This document shows positions 25,283 to 39,899 of a DNA stretch of 64,000 nt, in pieces. The notes under the pieces were generated by a model. The model was given only the letters and a program-made list of their open reading frames with translations, was not told the DNA's origin and searched no databases. A program made the position numbers and the translations under genes. Each line of letters begins with the position of its first letter. The stretch's first letter is position 1. Source of the stretch: Epiperipatus broadwayi (lineage: Eukaryota; Animalia; Onychophora); contig JAQFVV010000003.1 in the NCBI GenBank assembly GCA_028023455.1, positions 14,384,001 through 14,448,000 on the forward strand. The letters run 5' to 3'.

Positions 25283-27302
25283 TCCTAGACTCATATGTAT
25301 TTAAAAGCAATAATCTGAAAGGTATCACACTAATCCAATTAATTTCAGTTATTTTATGATATCATACGCTTTCAATATCCTGAAAAAAAAAACATCTTGA
25401 CATAATCAATCATGAAGCATATACCAATTTTTCAAATTTTAAATAGTGAAATATAATGTGATAAGCTAGAAGAAAAAAATAACATAATATGTGTAGTCAA
25501 TGAAAAATATTTCTTCATATATATAGCTTATAATAAATCAAAGCTATAGTAATATGTTTGTTTATGATTTGATTGATTAAAATAATAATAGTTGGATTAA
25601 ATAATAGAAGTACATATCAAATAATTTTTTGATATCCAATTGATTTCTCAGAATCTGATTTATTTCTTAAAAAAAAAATATTTTTCATTGACTCAATATC
25701 AATGCTAACATGCATTTGTGTATAATGAAATGCACTAATGACTTCATTAGCATTATCTTTTTTTTTTTTTTAATATAGATTGGTCAAAGTTGAATTCAAT
25801 TTTCTGTTCTCTATTATTATATGTAAGAGTTTATTTATTTGCCACTTTAAAGAAGGAAATCAAATTAAAATTTAATTTTAATAAAAATTTAAAATATTTC
25901 TTTTTAATGTGAGAATAAATCATGAGTACTGTACTCCAAAAAAAAAAAAAAAAACGTAACAAAACAAAGATTATCACTTTTATGGATTTTTCTATCAAGT
26001 AGCTGGCCCATAACTAATTCAAATAACTATTTCTGATCAACAAATTGGAATCTAGCTATTAATATCTACAGGGTGAAGAATCCAGGTTAACTTGAATTAT
26101 TTTTTCAGGTATTGATGCATTGATTCTAAAAATTACAATTGTAATATTATACATTTTTCGGACTAGTTGGATGGTACTGACCCCCATAATTACTTTTAAT
26201 TATATATCTTAGTCTTTAATTGTCTGGCATTTAACATTACTGAATTGCTAAATCTTTGAATACTATTTGGTATCCAGTTTCATGGACAACTACTTTAAAC
26301 AATGAAAAGAAATGAAAAAACAGTAACTGGTTTGCACAAAGATTGCTGTTTTATATAAGAATTTATATATTAATAATAAATGTCAAATTATAAACAATGT
26401 TAATCTTCTGTCATCCAAGACAGACATTGTCAAATATTATAGTGAACAGAATAAAAAAAAATATTAACAAAAATCTCTGGAGAAATAAATCACAGTAGTA
26501 TACTAATGACAAAAGGTTCTTGGCTTGATTGATCCTAAAATATTTCTTTTATGGTAAGTGCTTGAACTTTAATCAAATCAGCTGTAAATAAAGCTAAATC
26601 AATTCAAATGCAAATAAATTTAAAAGACAAATTATTTCAGATTAAAAAATGAGAGATTGATGAAGAAGATATAATCTCTTAAAATTATGAGTAAAGATGA
26701 GTAAACAATTTCTATGGTTATTGTATGATAAAACAATTCTAATATTAAGCAGTTATTACAGCTAGGTAATGAATATGACTCAGTAAACAAAATTCAGATG
26801 CAGCTTTCTCAATAGTAATATTTATATAACTTTTATTGAAAGGTAGATTTTGTTAAGGTGGAAATTCTTTATTCATATATTTAATTATTTTGAATATGTT
26901 ATATTAAATATTTCTGACTTGTATACCCTGCATGGTATAGCGGAATGATAAAATGGCAGACTAGAGATCCATGGATTGCAGCTTTGATTAGTTACTTACA
27001 GTACTCAAATGTTATATGACTTCCCAAGTGACAAACTATTCAAACATTACTAATGCAGACATTCCAGTTCACAGTTCATGACTTCCAGCTAATGCTGTGA
27101 AAACCTATATCTCCAACTATTACATTATTATAATCATTTACTGTTATGAAAAATAGATTGTTTATTTCTGGTAAGATTTTAATGATTTGAAAGAAGCAAT
27201 CAAAATTTTTGAAAAAAACAATAATTGCCCTAGACCAGCAATTCTCAACCTATGGTATGCATGCCATCATATGATTACAATTTCATATGCTTATACAGGC
27301 TG

Positions 27303-30300
27303 TTAATAATAATAAGATGCAATGCGATGTACTATGTTTTCTCTTTTCTTGGAGTCAGAAATCTCTCAGCCACTATGCCCAGAAAAATCTGTTAGCCAGC
27401 TAACCTTTCTATTTCCCACCCTTTTCCCCCATATTTTTCTCTATCCTGCTCTATTCCACTTCCACAACATTATCTTTATCCACTCTATAGTCCTTATATC
27501 TAAATCCTCCTTATTTTTTTCCAAATCTAGCATAAAAATTAAAAACCCACTTTCTGCGTAATCACTTTGTTTATATTTATTTCCCCACAACTTCATTATT
27601 TGAACCCTTTCTGCTTAAAAGCATTTACTTTCAATTAATAGATGCCTAATATTTTCTATGTACATTCCCTTGTTGCTAACGATTCTGTCTGAGCCTTAAA
27701 CAGTAAACTACTTTCCTTGCTATTATCGTAAATTAACTAATACCCAATATTCTGTTTACTTCTATATATATTTAAATTCTTTTTAATCTCCATACTAGTT
27801 TTCCATCTCTCCAACTTCCTATTTCTTGTAAATGCATCTATTCCTCTATTTCATTCCTTGCCACTATAACATTTAACAATCCTAACAAAATCATCCCACC
27901 TTTTGTATAAATATACTAACAAAAAATCTTTATTCAAATCTTCTGATACTGTACTACTTTCTCACCCAGCTTGTTTCTTGTCCTTTACTCACAACCCAAT
28001 TAAATACTATTTTGGCTATTCTCTTATTATTCATAAGTTGCAATCTACCAAACATTTTCATTTTGCTTTTGTCATCGCTCATATAATAACGTGACCATCC
28101 CATTTCTCTTTGAATTGCCTCCTTTGCCATCCACACATCTGCATCTATTGCATGTCTTCTACTTCTCTTTATATTTTTTCTAAGTAATATAACACCCTTT
28201 ACTAACATATAACACATCATTAATATAAGTTAACCTGCTACTGTCACTCCCTTCTATACAATTCTAGTGACATCATATTTATTATATAAAAACACTGTTA
28301 ATTTCTTTATCAGTCCCTTTCTTTTCTTTGCTTCATTTATCAATTTTTTCTCCCATTCATCCAAGCAATTTTTGATTATTTAAAACAATTCCCAAATAGT
28401 TATACTTATTCATTACATTTAACTTTATATCCTCCAATCAAAATGCTTTCTCTTTCCCCAGCATTTATCATCATTACTTTTGATTTTACTTTACTAAATT
28501 TAATCCCCATCTCTTTACCCAGCCTTGTAAACATCTTTAGCATAACTTTCATATCTTCCCTACTTTCTGTGCACAAGTACATATCACCAGCAAATAAAAG
28601 ACCTGATAATGTATATACTCCCTTGTCATCTATTAATGGTATCTCTATCCGCCTTCCTAATCTTTCTATTGTTGGCTCCATTTCCTCAAATATAACAAAA
28701 ACAAAATAGATGACATAGGGCATCTTTGTCTTAGTCCCACCCACTTTAACTCTGATTCTATATTTCCTAATTGATATGTATAGTAATTATTTTCATACAA
28801 TCTCTCAATAATATCCACTAAGGGTCTATTCATTCCCAAATTTATTAAACTGATCCATAATCTATTTCTATTTACTCTTATCATATGTCCTAGCTATATC
28901 TATAAAGATCATATATATCTATCTGTATTTCTACTCATGTGTGTGACTAGAAATAAACTATCTCCTATACGCCTATCAGATCGAAAACCTCCTTGCATTT
29001 CTCCCACTATATTATTTTCTTCCATCAATTTTGCAACCCTGCCAGCCACCATATATGTAAAAACTTTATATAACACTGATGTTGACATTACCAGTCTATA
29101 ATTACTTAACTTTCTATAATCCTTACCCTTGCCTTTAAACAGTAGCTTTACTCTTGTATTATTCCAACTATCCAGAAATTCTCTCTTTTTACCATCTTAT
29201 TAAAACATGTTAATAGATTTAATTTTGTCCTATTTCCTAAATTCATCACCATTTCTGCTGCTCATCCATCTAAACATCTTGCCTTTCCACTTTTCAATTT
29301 CTTCTCTGCCTCATTCATTTTCTGTAAATCTAATATTTCCATTACTATATGATTCTATGTTTGTTATCACTCTTTCCTTCATATCTAACATCTTTTCTAT
29401 ATCCATTACATATTTAAGATTGTCTCTAATTCTTTTCTAGAGCTCTTTCTCCCTACCCTACATTCCTTCTTTTAATATATTTCCAAATTTTTTGCTCCCA
29501 TCTCTTCCACTTTTATTAATATCCTCCAATAATTTACTATTTAATTTCATTCTCTCTATAATTATCTATTGTAGCCAATTTCTTTTTTTAAAAATATTTC
29601 CCCCATTTAATATTAACATCTTTTTCACGTTCTTTGTTTTTAATAGCACATTTATATTCTCTGCATGCTTTTTTCATCTCTTTTATACTTATACTAATTC
29701 TCACTTTTCTATTAGTTTTATTTTTCTGAATATTCTCACCTAAAACCCTATTTGCCACTTTTTCTACTTCACCACACCAGTCCTTATATTCATTGCCAAC
29801 AAACTTTTATATTCTTCTAACTTACTCTTATCATTCATTCTCCATATACAACTTCCACTATTTCTTTATACTTTTATTATTATTTTCCATCACATTACTA
29901 ACCATTTCTATTATAAAGAAATTATGATCACTATTACATACTCTCTCTTCATTATCAAATTCTTTAATTTTCCATACTTTATTCATTCCCTCTTTCTCTA
30001 CTAATACATAATCTATTGTGTGAAATATATTATTTCTAGACCATGTGTATTGTCCTATAAATATTTGATAAATTTCTAATGCTCAAATTCACTCTCTGAC
30101 AAAAAATTTTCAAAAGCTGTCGATTCTTATCCACATCATCAATTTCTTCAATATGTTCATTCCTATCCCCTAAACTATTATTCAACCCCCCCTTAAAACA
30201 CTTTCAACTAGGCATTTATATATGCTACTGTTCTACTCCATTAGAATTTGACTATCTCCAGTGGCCATATACACTATAGCCACCATCCATTCTTGATTTC

Positions 30301-30935
30301 CTAACATTATCTCAAACCACAAATGTTCTCGACACTTAACTGTATTTAAATATTTTTTTAACATAACTCCTATACCATGAGTCCTTTTCCCTTCCTATTT
30401 ATATCCTGCCATACTAAGTCTTCCAGTGTAGGTTCTTCTCACAGATGTGTTTCCATTACTGCTAATACCTCAAGTTCTTTATATTTAACTGATTTATTTA
30501 ATTCTGACCACTTTTCTGGTTTCCTGCCATCTTGCATATTCAAATAACCAATTTCTTCTTTTCTTACTACCCTTTTATAAATTCTTTTGACTTTTTATTT
30601 TCTGTTACATTTGTAATTAGCTTGTTTATCATTAATTTTACAGAGCCATTCCCTCTCCACATCTACATTTATATAGTAAATCAGCTATACTTTGTTTATT
30701 TCTTACATCCCATCTATTCTTCTTTTTGATAATAATGTTAATTTAAAACTCTACCCCCAATCCCCTCTAATGCTTCACTTCTTTGTTTTGCTATGTGCAA
30801 TCCATCTTTACTATATAACTCCCTCTTACTAATAAAAATATCCCACACCACATCCACAAATATAACATTATATCTCTTGCATAATGTTTTCAATCTCTTA
30901 CAGTAGTTCCACAAAGTACAAACATTAGTAATCAA
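27303..30935 (-). mobile_element. Near full-length decayed APE-RT LINE with SGNH-esterase-type ORF1 (RTEX/CR1/L2-like; clade uncertain)
   Basis: ORF1 C-terminus NVIFVDVVWDIF...LYSKDGLHI (30738-30935). APE start NMQDGRK..KW...LAVMETHL (~30540). RT motifs GGFRSDRRIGD, GLRQRCPMS, LLFAGD. C-terminal EAIQREMGWS. (TTA)n tail near 27305. Confidence 0.88.
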
Positions 30936-30939
30936 TGGT

Positions 30940-31549
30940 TACAAGAAGGTTTGGGCATAAAATCCCTATATAATTGCTACTCAACAAATATCCCCACATT
31001 AATTTCTAGCTTGTGGCTTTCATCAATGAAGAGCCTTGGCTTTGAGAAGTACTGCACCTATACCTTAGGATCTAATGCAACTCCTTCAGCAACTACCTTT
31101 TACCTATTTGTTAACTGTAAAGCTAGGAGCCCAAAGGGAAAGCACAATAATGTTTTCAATCCAAGCTGATACACTTGTATTGCTGTAAACTCAGTCCAAC
31201 TTCTATACATTTTGGTATCCTGGATTTTTCAAAAACCACAGTCCCCATTATCCCATGGGCAGAATAGGTATAAACCCATCAAAACATCATGTGATCACTT
31301 TCATATTCTTACAGAGGCTGTTATTAACAATAGCAAACTCTCCATACAGTAGGGATACCAAGTGCAAACATTACTAATCAATGAAATAACTATCATGATA
31401 TTTTGATGGTTTTATACTTATCCCATCCATGGGATAATGGTGACTGTGGTTTTTGAAAACTAGTCTGGGAATTTATGCACATACCTTCTTGTATCCATTG
31501 ATTTCTAATTCTTGCTATTGGTGGCAATACTGTATGGAGAGATTGATAC
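30940..31549. mobile_element. Non-coding repeat family B (hammerhead-like relics, internal inversion)
   Basis: Homologous to 53825-54350. Internal inverted repeat 31226-31290 / 31394-31460. Degenerate hammerhead-like motifs at ~30994-31030 (-) and ~31425-31472 (+). Confidence 0.7.
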
Positions 31550-31895
31550 TGGTATGCATACCACTGGTAATATGCAATAGACTTACACACAAGTAGTACA
31601 TAAAACAAAAGCTATTTCTGAAAAATTATATTTAAATAATTTATTTAAATGATGTAAACCTGGTATAAATATTTTTATTTGATTACCTATTTTTTTATTT
31701 TGATGCTGAAAATTTTTTTACTGGTGGTATAAAGAAATTATATATTCTTTGGATAAAATGCAAAACCCAAAAGACTAAATCTGTGACCCTAGACTTTCAT
31801 TCAAATGTTCAATTTTTATTTACTCGGACCTTTGTTCAATGAATAATAAACTAATAAACACAAGCATACCAATATTTTTTTTTGTACTGACTTAC

Positions 31896-31960
31896 ACAAA
31901 CACGTAATATAATGGTCAGCCGAGAAATGATTAAATAATTTAAATTGATTAGAGCACCAC
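31896..31960 (-). CDS. Candidate host-gene exon (65 nt), unknown product
   Basis: TCTAATGCCAG acceptor and GTAAGT donor. Open and phase-compatible with exon 34150-34226 (GALINLNYLIISRLTIILRVC or WCSNQFKLFNHFSADHYITCL). Confidence 0.45.
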
Positions 31961-34149
31961 CTGGCATTAGATATCAAAAAATAGATCAGCACATATATAT
32001 ATTTAAACAATATACAATGACTATTTTACTATACCAATTTGCAATACTTGACTAGATCATGAAGAACATAAGTTATTCCTGATGAATGCACATGGTATAA
32101 ATATGAAGGCTTGACAACATTACATATAAAGATGATAACACTATTTAAATCAAATAACAAAAATACAGTTCATTGCAAAATATAATTGTCAGTCAAAATA
32201 TAGTTTTTTTTTTCAACAAAACCATTTCTTCAATCTCTTATATATGACTGTTTTATATCATACACATAGGAGGAAAACCAAAATTATTTATAAAATGACC
32301 AAGATTTCTTTGATTAATTTTAAACATAAATTTTTCATTACATTTTATAACATTAAAGCAATTTTATGATTGAAGTACATTTGTCATACAACAAATCCCT
32401 GATCTTTAATATATTTCAAATGGCCAAGCTTATAAATATGACATTTATTAAACTTATAAGTTTCCTAGCATACACCCTTACATTTCTCTAATTTGCAGTA
32501 GTAATAACCATTCCACCTTTCTTACAACAATAATTTTAGGATGTGATGGGGATAGTCCCTTTTAGCCCAATCCCTAATTTATTGTAACAAAATATTGAAT
32601 GATAGGAATATTTAAAACTATTGACAGTGAACAAACAACTACATATATATTATAATTCTCACCTACACAAAATCTAATTCACAGCAATCAAAAAAAAAGG
32701 CGCTAAATAACTTATAAATGAACTCTATGTGGATTTAAATAATCTTTAACTTAAAATTATTTATAAATACTACTCTAATTATTTAATGCATAGACACATT
32801 ATTTTAAGTTATTTCCCCCCAGTGTGGACATTTTACATTTAAAATGAATATTACATCTCCCCTTATATTTTTTTAACCAACAATTTCTAAAAAAAAAAAA
32901 AAAATTGGTTTAACATGCATATTAAAATTATTTTTTTTTAAAAAAAAAAAAAATCTCTATTTTAACTTCAGTGGCATTAAAATGCAACTAATTTTTTTTT
33001 AAACCTGCCCTTCCTGTTTTAAACATATCATAATTTAAAATATAGCTTGTTAGTATTAAATATAAACTAAAATAAAACTTAAAATGGTTAAGATAAAGTC
33101 TAAATAGTTTTTTTTTAAACTTACAAAGTAAGTTATATAGCTATGGTTTGTTTTCTTCACAATGACAAGTATTAATCAATTTGTAAGTGGCCATAATATC
33201 CTTTAACCATCTCCAGTTAATATGAAATAAATATTATTTTTCATTTTAATTAGAGATTTGTTCAAAAATAGTGTGTCAAGTTCTAGGTCCAAGATAGATT
33301 TCAGGAGTTGGCAGTTTTTTTGCTGATCTACTCAATCAGCCTTATAAAAGTCCAATGTGCTAGAATAAAAGGAGAATCTTAATTGTTTTTTTAAAAATTG
33401 ACTTTATATAAGTTTTACTTATTTTTGAACACCTGATATTATTTTTCACAAGCTTTATTAATTTTGTTTTTCACACTTTTAATATATTTTTGACACCGTT
33501 ATGACTGGGTTTTATTTTAATTACAGGAGTTTAAAAAACAATTTCATTGTTTAATTGAATAAACTTGCAAAATACTTGTTTTGGTCTCTTATCAAAACAG
33601 GTGTAATCTTTTTTTAAATTTAATTATTTAAATTTTTTTTTTTTAACTGAGTTGTTTTGAAATACATTCTTTGATATGAGAAAGTTTTAAAACATAATTA
33701 TTAGTTTCTCTTAAATTTAAATATTTTTTTACAAACCTATTAAATTATTTTATCTAATTTTAAATTTGACAATTAATTTATTTAAACATTTGCATTCTTC
33801 ATATTATTAGTACATTATATATATATTTTCTTAAACTTTTGAATGCTATATTTATAAGCATCCTCACAATTATAATTTCTCAATCATGTGGTAAGACCCC
33901 ATGACTGACACTGAAATGAATAAGATATTATTTATTACAATAGACTGCACAACTTCACATCAGCTAACTTTAAATTCAAGTTTTCAATTATTAATTTAAA
34001 ATATATATATATATATAAAATTAGAATAAAACATAATTCCTGTATTTAATTTTTTTTCTCTTCAATATATTCTCAACATATATATATAGTTTTACATACA
34101 CCTGTATATATATGAGCATGTTAAAAATACATATACAGTCCATTATTAC

Positions 34150-34226
34150 CATGAATTTTGGTATCCATGGCATTTCGTTCTAATTCCTGTGCAGACACAA
34201 GAGGACCGTGTACACATTGATATAGT
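34150..34226 (-). CDS. Candidate host-gene exon (77 nt), unknown product
   Basis: TTTTATTTTCAG acceptor and GTAATA donor; GC/CpG-richer than its flanks. Reads LYQCVHGPLVSAQELERNAMDTKIH, with a second frame also open. Confidence 0.65.
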
Positions 34227-36360
34227 CTGAAAATAAAAATATTCATATAGTCTGAAAATAAAAAATTAAAACCTTAAAATAAAACTGTAATGTTTAACAA
34301 AACAAAAAAAACATAACAAAAGTTATTGTTTTTTAGTCAAAAGCAGATCTAGATGTCAAAATAATAAAGTATTATTATCAAGAATTAGTGGAATAGCAGC
34401 TGTTTGCCATTTCCAATGTAACAGATTTATAATTTTTCTAAAATTCTTTCAGTATGACTCACCAAAAAAATTTAAATATGAATATGAACCTTGAATAAAT
34501 ATATATAAAATTGGAATTCTTATTTTAAACAAAAGCAAAAAACTTTATTCTGAGTACATAAAAGGTTTTACTGATTAGAAATGCAGTGGAGCTATGAAAT
34601 ACTTCATATTTTGTTCCAAGCCTTCCTCATGCATATTGTGTATTGTACAATAATTTTTAACTCACATATAAATTAAGATTATAATATAAATAAAATTAGA
34701 AATAAGCAATAGTGTAGTTATTAATAGTAAATTAAGAAAGCACACTTGCATAAATATTTACTGCATGTATGTATGCTCATTCATTCACATTTACTCAAAA
34801 AATACAAATAAAAAACTTACTGTGTCACATCTTTATTTTTAAAATAAAATGAATAACGAAATGTCAAACTTGCATCACAATTAAGCAAGTTCTGGACGAT
34901 ATCCTTTTTCTTCAATAACTTTTTTCCCATGGAAGCATAATATCAGTCTCACTATTAGCAGACTATGGCCCTTTTAGTTGTTTTCATTATCTTAAGTTTA
35001 TATCATCTTCTAAATCTATAGTCACCTCCTACTTGTTATTACTTATTTCAAATTCTTGGATAAAATCTTCAAAATTTAAACTTTCTGATATAAGTGTTTT
35101 ATAGTTCTTTTTTTTTAGGCATTACTAAATTGATAAATTTTATTTTATCGCTTAAAAAATATATTTTACAAATTTTCTTAAAATTTTGTAAAACTTTCAC
35201 ATTTACACTTAAAGAACATTTTTTTGTGTGTACCACATCAAATTCTCTAAGAATAATAAAGCAAAAAAATAAAATGTATGTGTTTTCAATGTAAATTAAA
35301 TAAATGTTAATATATGTGATTCTATATGACACTCTGATGGAAAAATGGTTGTTATCATATCAACAAATTGGTCAGATTTATAAATTTTAGTGATTTTAAT
35401 TTTTATTTATTTACATCTTTTTTTGTTGGCATACAGTTATTTTGAATAGCAAAAAATAAAGTAATGTACATGGAGATACTGCATATTGCCACTTCACTGT
35501 ACTGTATATTAAATTCTGTGCCCAAAAGCAGATTAAGATTATTAGTTAACATGATATTAAAATCAAAAGAGAATATAAGATCATTCATGTTAATTTGGCA
35601 CTATTTGCCAGCCTCTTAAAACAATTTATTCTATTAGCTTAATTTTAAACAAACCATTACTACATACACAAAAAAGATCTATTTTATTTTAGTCTGATTA
35701 TTTTTAAACATTTAATGGTCTTTTTAAAATATATTCATATATAATTTTTTAAGAGCTTTTAACTATTACAAGTTTAGCAAATCCAAGGTTAAATCAAATA
35801 TTTTTTCATTTATTGATTGCATCCATTATCTTGGAAATCTTAACTTTTCTCAAACTTCTAGTATCTTATATTTATTTTGCTTTGCTTTCTTATACTTATT
35901 TTTTCCATGTCTTATTACCATAGTAACATTTATTCTGGATAGCAATAAAAAAGAACAGTATCAGCTTAATACATTCAAGTCAAACTTGTATGAAAAAAAA
36001 AAATCTTAAATTATTCACATTTATATCATGTTGAAAATTTCATCAGTATAAGCATCAACAGTTAATGTTTATGTATAAAATAGCACATGCAATGACTTCC
36101 TTATCTCACATTCACATAATTATCATTATTAAAATAATTATTTACAATTGTGCATATATTTATGTGTATGTAGATAAACTAGACAAAACAGTCTTTAAAT
36201 ACTGTACTGTAGGTAAACATTTCTCTGACAGACAACCTGTAGTAGTGAAAAAATAAAAGCATTACTCCCCACGTTTGCCAAATGTGAGCTAAGAACATCT
36301 AAATACCCATTTACTGACCAATAATTGAATTATTAGATGCACTGATTACAAGTTGCTTAC

Positions 36361-36406
36361 TTGTTTTGAGTAAAGGCCATGAACGTGGAAGCAGATGCCC
36401 TAATCA
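36361..36406 (-). CDS. Candidate host-gene exon (46 nt, or 39 nt with the alternative acceptor), unknown product
   Basis: GTAAGC donor and two AG acceptors 7 nt apart (exon ends at 36406 or 36399). Reads VIRASASTFMAFTQN or GICFHVHGLYSKQ. Confidence 0.55.
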
Positions 36407-37200
36407 CTATATCAAGAGATCGTGTGTGAGAAGACACACACATATATAAATAATCAAAAATTATACAAGTGAACAATTATTTTGTAAAAAGTGCAAAAAA
36501 GATGGAATGATAATAGAATATGAATATAGTAATAATGTATTATTAAAAGTTACAGGATTTCATTCTTGGATTATGACTTAATGATTCCATCATGGAATTT
36601 CATCAGGATACTAAGTTTATTCTGGTCATACCAAGTATATATATATATATATTCCTTATAACACTTCTTTCATATACACTTCAATGCAAACAAATTTTCT
36701 TAAATTTTTTATTTTCCTTACAGTTTCAACTGTCCACAGACAATGTATAAATTTATTTCAAATTCACATGCATGCCATAAATGAAATATTATTTTATATC
36801 ATATTTATTTATGTGTTGCTAACATAGACACATACTTACAATACATACAAATATATATATAGCACACATTAAAAAATTCTCACAAGTACCAAGCCAAACA
36901 TGTGCTGAAATGATAAAATAAAATTATATATTATTATTACAAAAAAATTTACTTTAAAATAAAATCTATGTGAAAATGTGTTTATATTTTTCATTACATG
37001 TTTATATATATATGTATAACCGTCGACTATTGTACCCAAAGAAATTTCTGTAACCAATCAAATTTCAGATTGTATTTTTGACTTCTCTTAAAATTTATTG
37101 TAATGTAAACTGTCTCCCATTATAAAAATTTAAAAATATCATTTCTCATTACACATGTATTTCTATCATCAAACTAGAAGCTTGAAAAATTTGAATCTCA

Positions 37201-37234
<34 letters not shown>

Positions 37235-38670
37235 TGTGATTGTTACAAGTTTCTAGCTCATTTAATAATAAAAACTTTTCATGAAATATATGTATAGTGA
37301 GCAAGAGAGAGTGGTCAAAATTTTTATACTAGGAAATAGTTTAGAATAGATTTCAAGAGGACTGCACTGTAAAATCTAAAATTGATAGGTTATAAATATT
37401 TCCTATCAAAATAGTTAATTATATTTCTTAACAGTATGATATTTACTGCTTCATTAGGTGTTATGTAGATTTAAATTATCTTGATCCTATATGAGGTTAA
37501 CATCTTATATATACATATTTGATTGCAAATAAATTCAAGCATTAAAATCAAACAAGTAACAATCACAATATTTAGCATAACTGATTATCAATTTTGATGT
37601 GGAAATAGATGTTTCAAGTCTCTAGGTTACCTAATGATAGAGGTTTCACTTGAAATATATATGCAGTAAGAGATAGTCTGAAGTTTTATATTGGAAGGCA
37701 ATTAACTTGAAGTGGAGTGCATTGCAATCTGAAATTTGATTGGCTACACATACAAATATATATATAAAATAAAATAGAATTTCATACAACATTACAAAAC
37801 TAGCCAAAACAATTTTTTTATACTAAAATTCTTACACAATCATAACTAATAGACCTTCTCAAGACAAATTCAACTAAACATACAACATATATATATACAC
37901 AAAATAAAATACCCTTCCCATCATTCACTTCAACAACCAGCTTTCTTTAACATCAAAGGATGTCTTCATGAGATTGATGATTTTGGATTCAAAAATTTTA
38001 TTATCAGTTCTTTAAATATATATATGAATGCAGATGAAACTTTAAATGTTTTTAGACATAAGAATTTCCAAGCAATCTTGATATTTTTTTTCAAATAGTG
38101 AACCTATAGCCAATTCAAATAGCCAAATAATTGTTGGTAGATAAAGAGAAATTTAATTATTTTTAACTAGAGAATAAGATAAAGATGGAAAATAACAAAA
38201 ACTCTCATCATTAATCTAGTGAATAACATATTCTCCTTCATTATTCCTATATAAATACTTGAGCAGTCTTCACTTATTATTTATATGATTGGATGGTTAG
38301 TTAAATTGGCCTATTAGGAATTAATATGATAAATATTTCCAAAATTCACAATCTTCATCTGCTTAAAAAAATTTCCACCCAAATTTGAACACTAGGCCAT
38401 TGTCAAAAAAATATCACTATATTACAGACATACAAACAATTACTTTAAATATTAAGAATAACCAAAAAAACATTATAAACAATAAAAATGCAGTTCACAA
38501 ATATACATGCACACAAATCACTGATATGAGAAAAAATATAAAACTACAATCTTAAAATATCAGGATCATTCATTTATAATAAACCTACCAATGATAATGA
38601 AAAACCAGTACCTTTTATCAAGAACCTCTTTAATATCTAACATACAGGCTATATATATCTGTACAAACAA

Positions 38671-39085
38671 TGTAATATATAGGGTATTTTGAGCTCAGAC
38701 TTTCATATGACCCTCAACTCTCTACACTATCTCATACCACTGATACACTTGACCACATATATATCTAAAAGATAAATAATTACCAGTATAAGTATTTAGT
38801 GCTAAACCAGTACTTGTTAATTGGTTCAGATTATCAACTCTACACATATATACAATAAGTGCTCAGATTTATATTAAAGCATGAATATTGGCTATCTTAA
38901 TATAAATATGAGCACTTATTGTAAATATTTGTAGAGATGATAATCTGGACCAATTGACAAAAGCTGGTTTAGCATGAAATACATATACTGGTGATTATTT
39001 ATCTTTTAAACATATATGTGGGCAAATGTATCAGTGGTATGAGGTAGTGTGAAGAATTGAGGGTCATGTGAGTCTGAGCTCAAGA
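38671..39085. mobile_element. Foldback dimer of hammerhead-bearing family A
   Basis: Arms ~38688-38880 and ~38897-39083 are inverted with a ~17-nt spacer. Both arms carry decayed hammerhead motifs. Homologous to 49138-50065 and 58775-59092. Confidence 0.85.
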
Positions 39086-39899
39086 ACTTCTTTGAAATTG
39101 TAAATCTGCTTTTCAGAAGGCTATTTACTATATATATATATATTATTAAACTCTCTGCCTGCAACCAATTAACTAAGCAAATAAGAGAATACTTGGATTT
39201 TTCAATAACTACAGATCTTCAATGATTGTTTCCTTCCTCATTCCAATAATTTATATAGTGATTTAAAAGATTAGCCCAGCAGTTAGCTTAAGGCTTATAT
39301 GGATGAGTTCTTGATACAAAATGTAGAAATACGATTTTAAATATGAGATACAAAAACATGAAAATGGAATCAAATATATTTAAACATATTTTGTCTGAAT
39401 AATTTTTAGGTAATATATACATATTAAAAATAATCATGTACAAAAAAAAGAGATCAAAATTCACTATTGCACTTTAACATTCAAAATTTTCCAGTAAAAT
39501 TCCGTTTTATCCGCTTAAATTTTAATATGTAATGCATATAAAGCAACGAAAATTTGTAAAGACTAATGCTAAAGAAAAGGAAAGCATTTTTGTTTAAAAT
39601 TAACAAAAGAAATAAAGTTAGACTTTAATTACATTTCTTCTCTGTGCTTCATTAAAAGTAGATACTGAATAGCTCATTACACACTTGATACATAATTTAA
39701 ATATAATTGATTATAATTTAGAGGCAGTAAATTCTATCAAGAGAAAATGAGAAAAATCACTCTAAGTAATTAAAAATTTCCAAATTAAATAAGGAAAGTT
39801 CACACTCTCAAAACCCATAAATTTCCATTCACAAAATTCATTTATATATAATTTTACAGGGTTCTAAATAGCTATTAAACCAAAGTTAATTCATTTCTA

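Larger units (their letters stand above)
27236..31786. mobile_element. Buster-type hAT MITE split by nested insertions
   Basis: Left TIR CAGCAATTCTCAACCT is preceded by CCCTAGAC (27228-27235), and the identical CCCTAGAC recurs at 31787-31794. The MITE sequence resumes at 31550 (TGGTATGCATACCACTGG). The right TIR is degenerate. Confidence 0.55.

Noticed and set aside
31822-31850. Extra 27-nt exon after 31896
   Set aside because: It would require a 45-nt intron, which is implausibly short. No independent support.
32079-32110. CTGATGA-ATGC-ACATG-GTAT-AAA hammerhead-like motif
   Set aside because: GAAA is incomplete, there is no convincing stem I or III, and no family context was seen. It could be a chance match or a very old relic.
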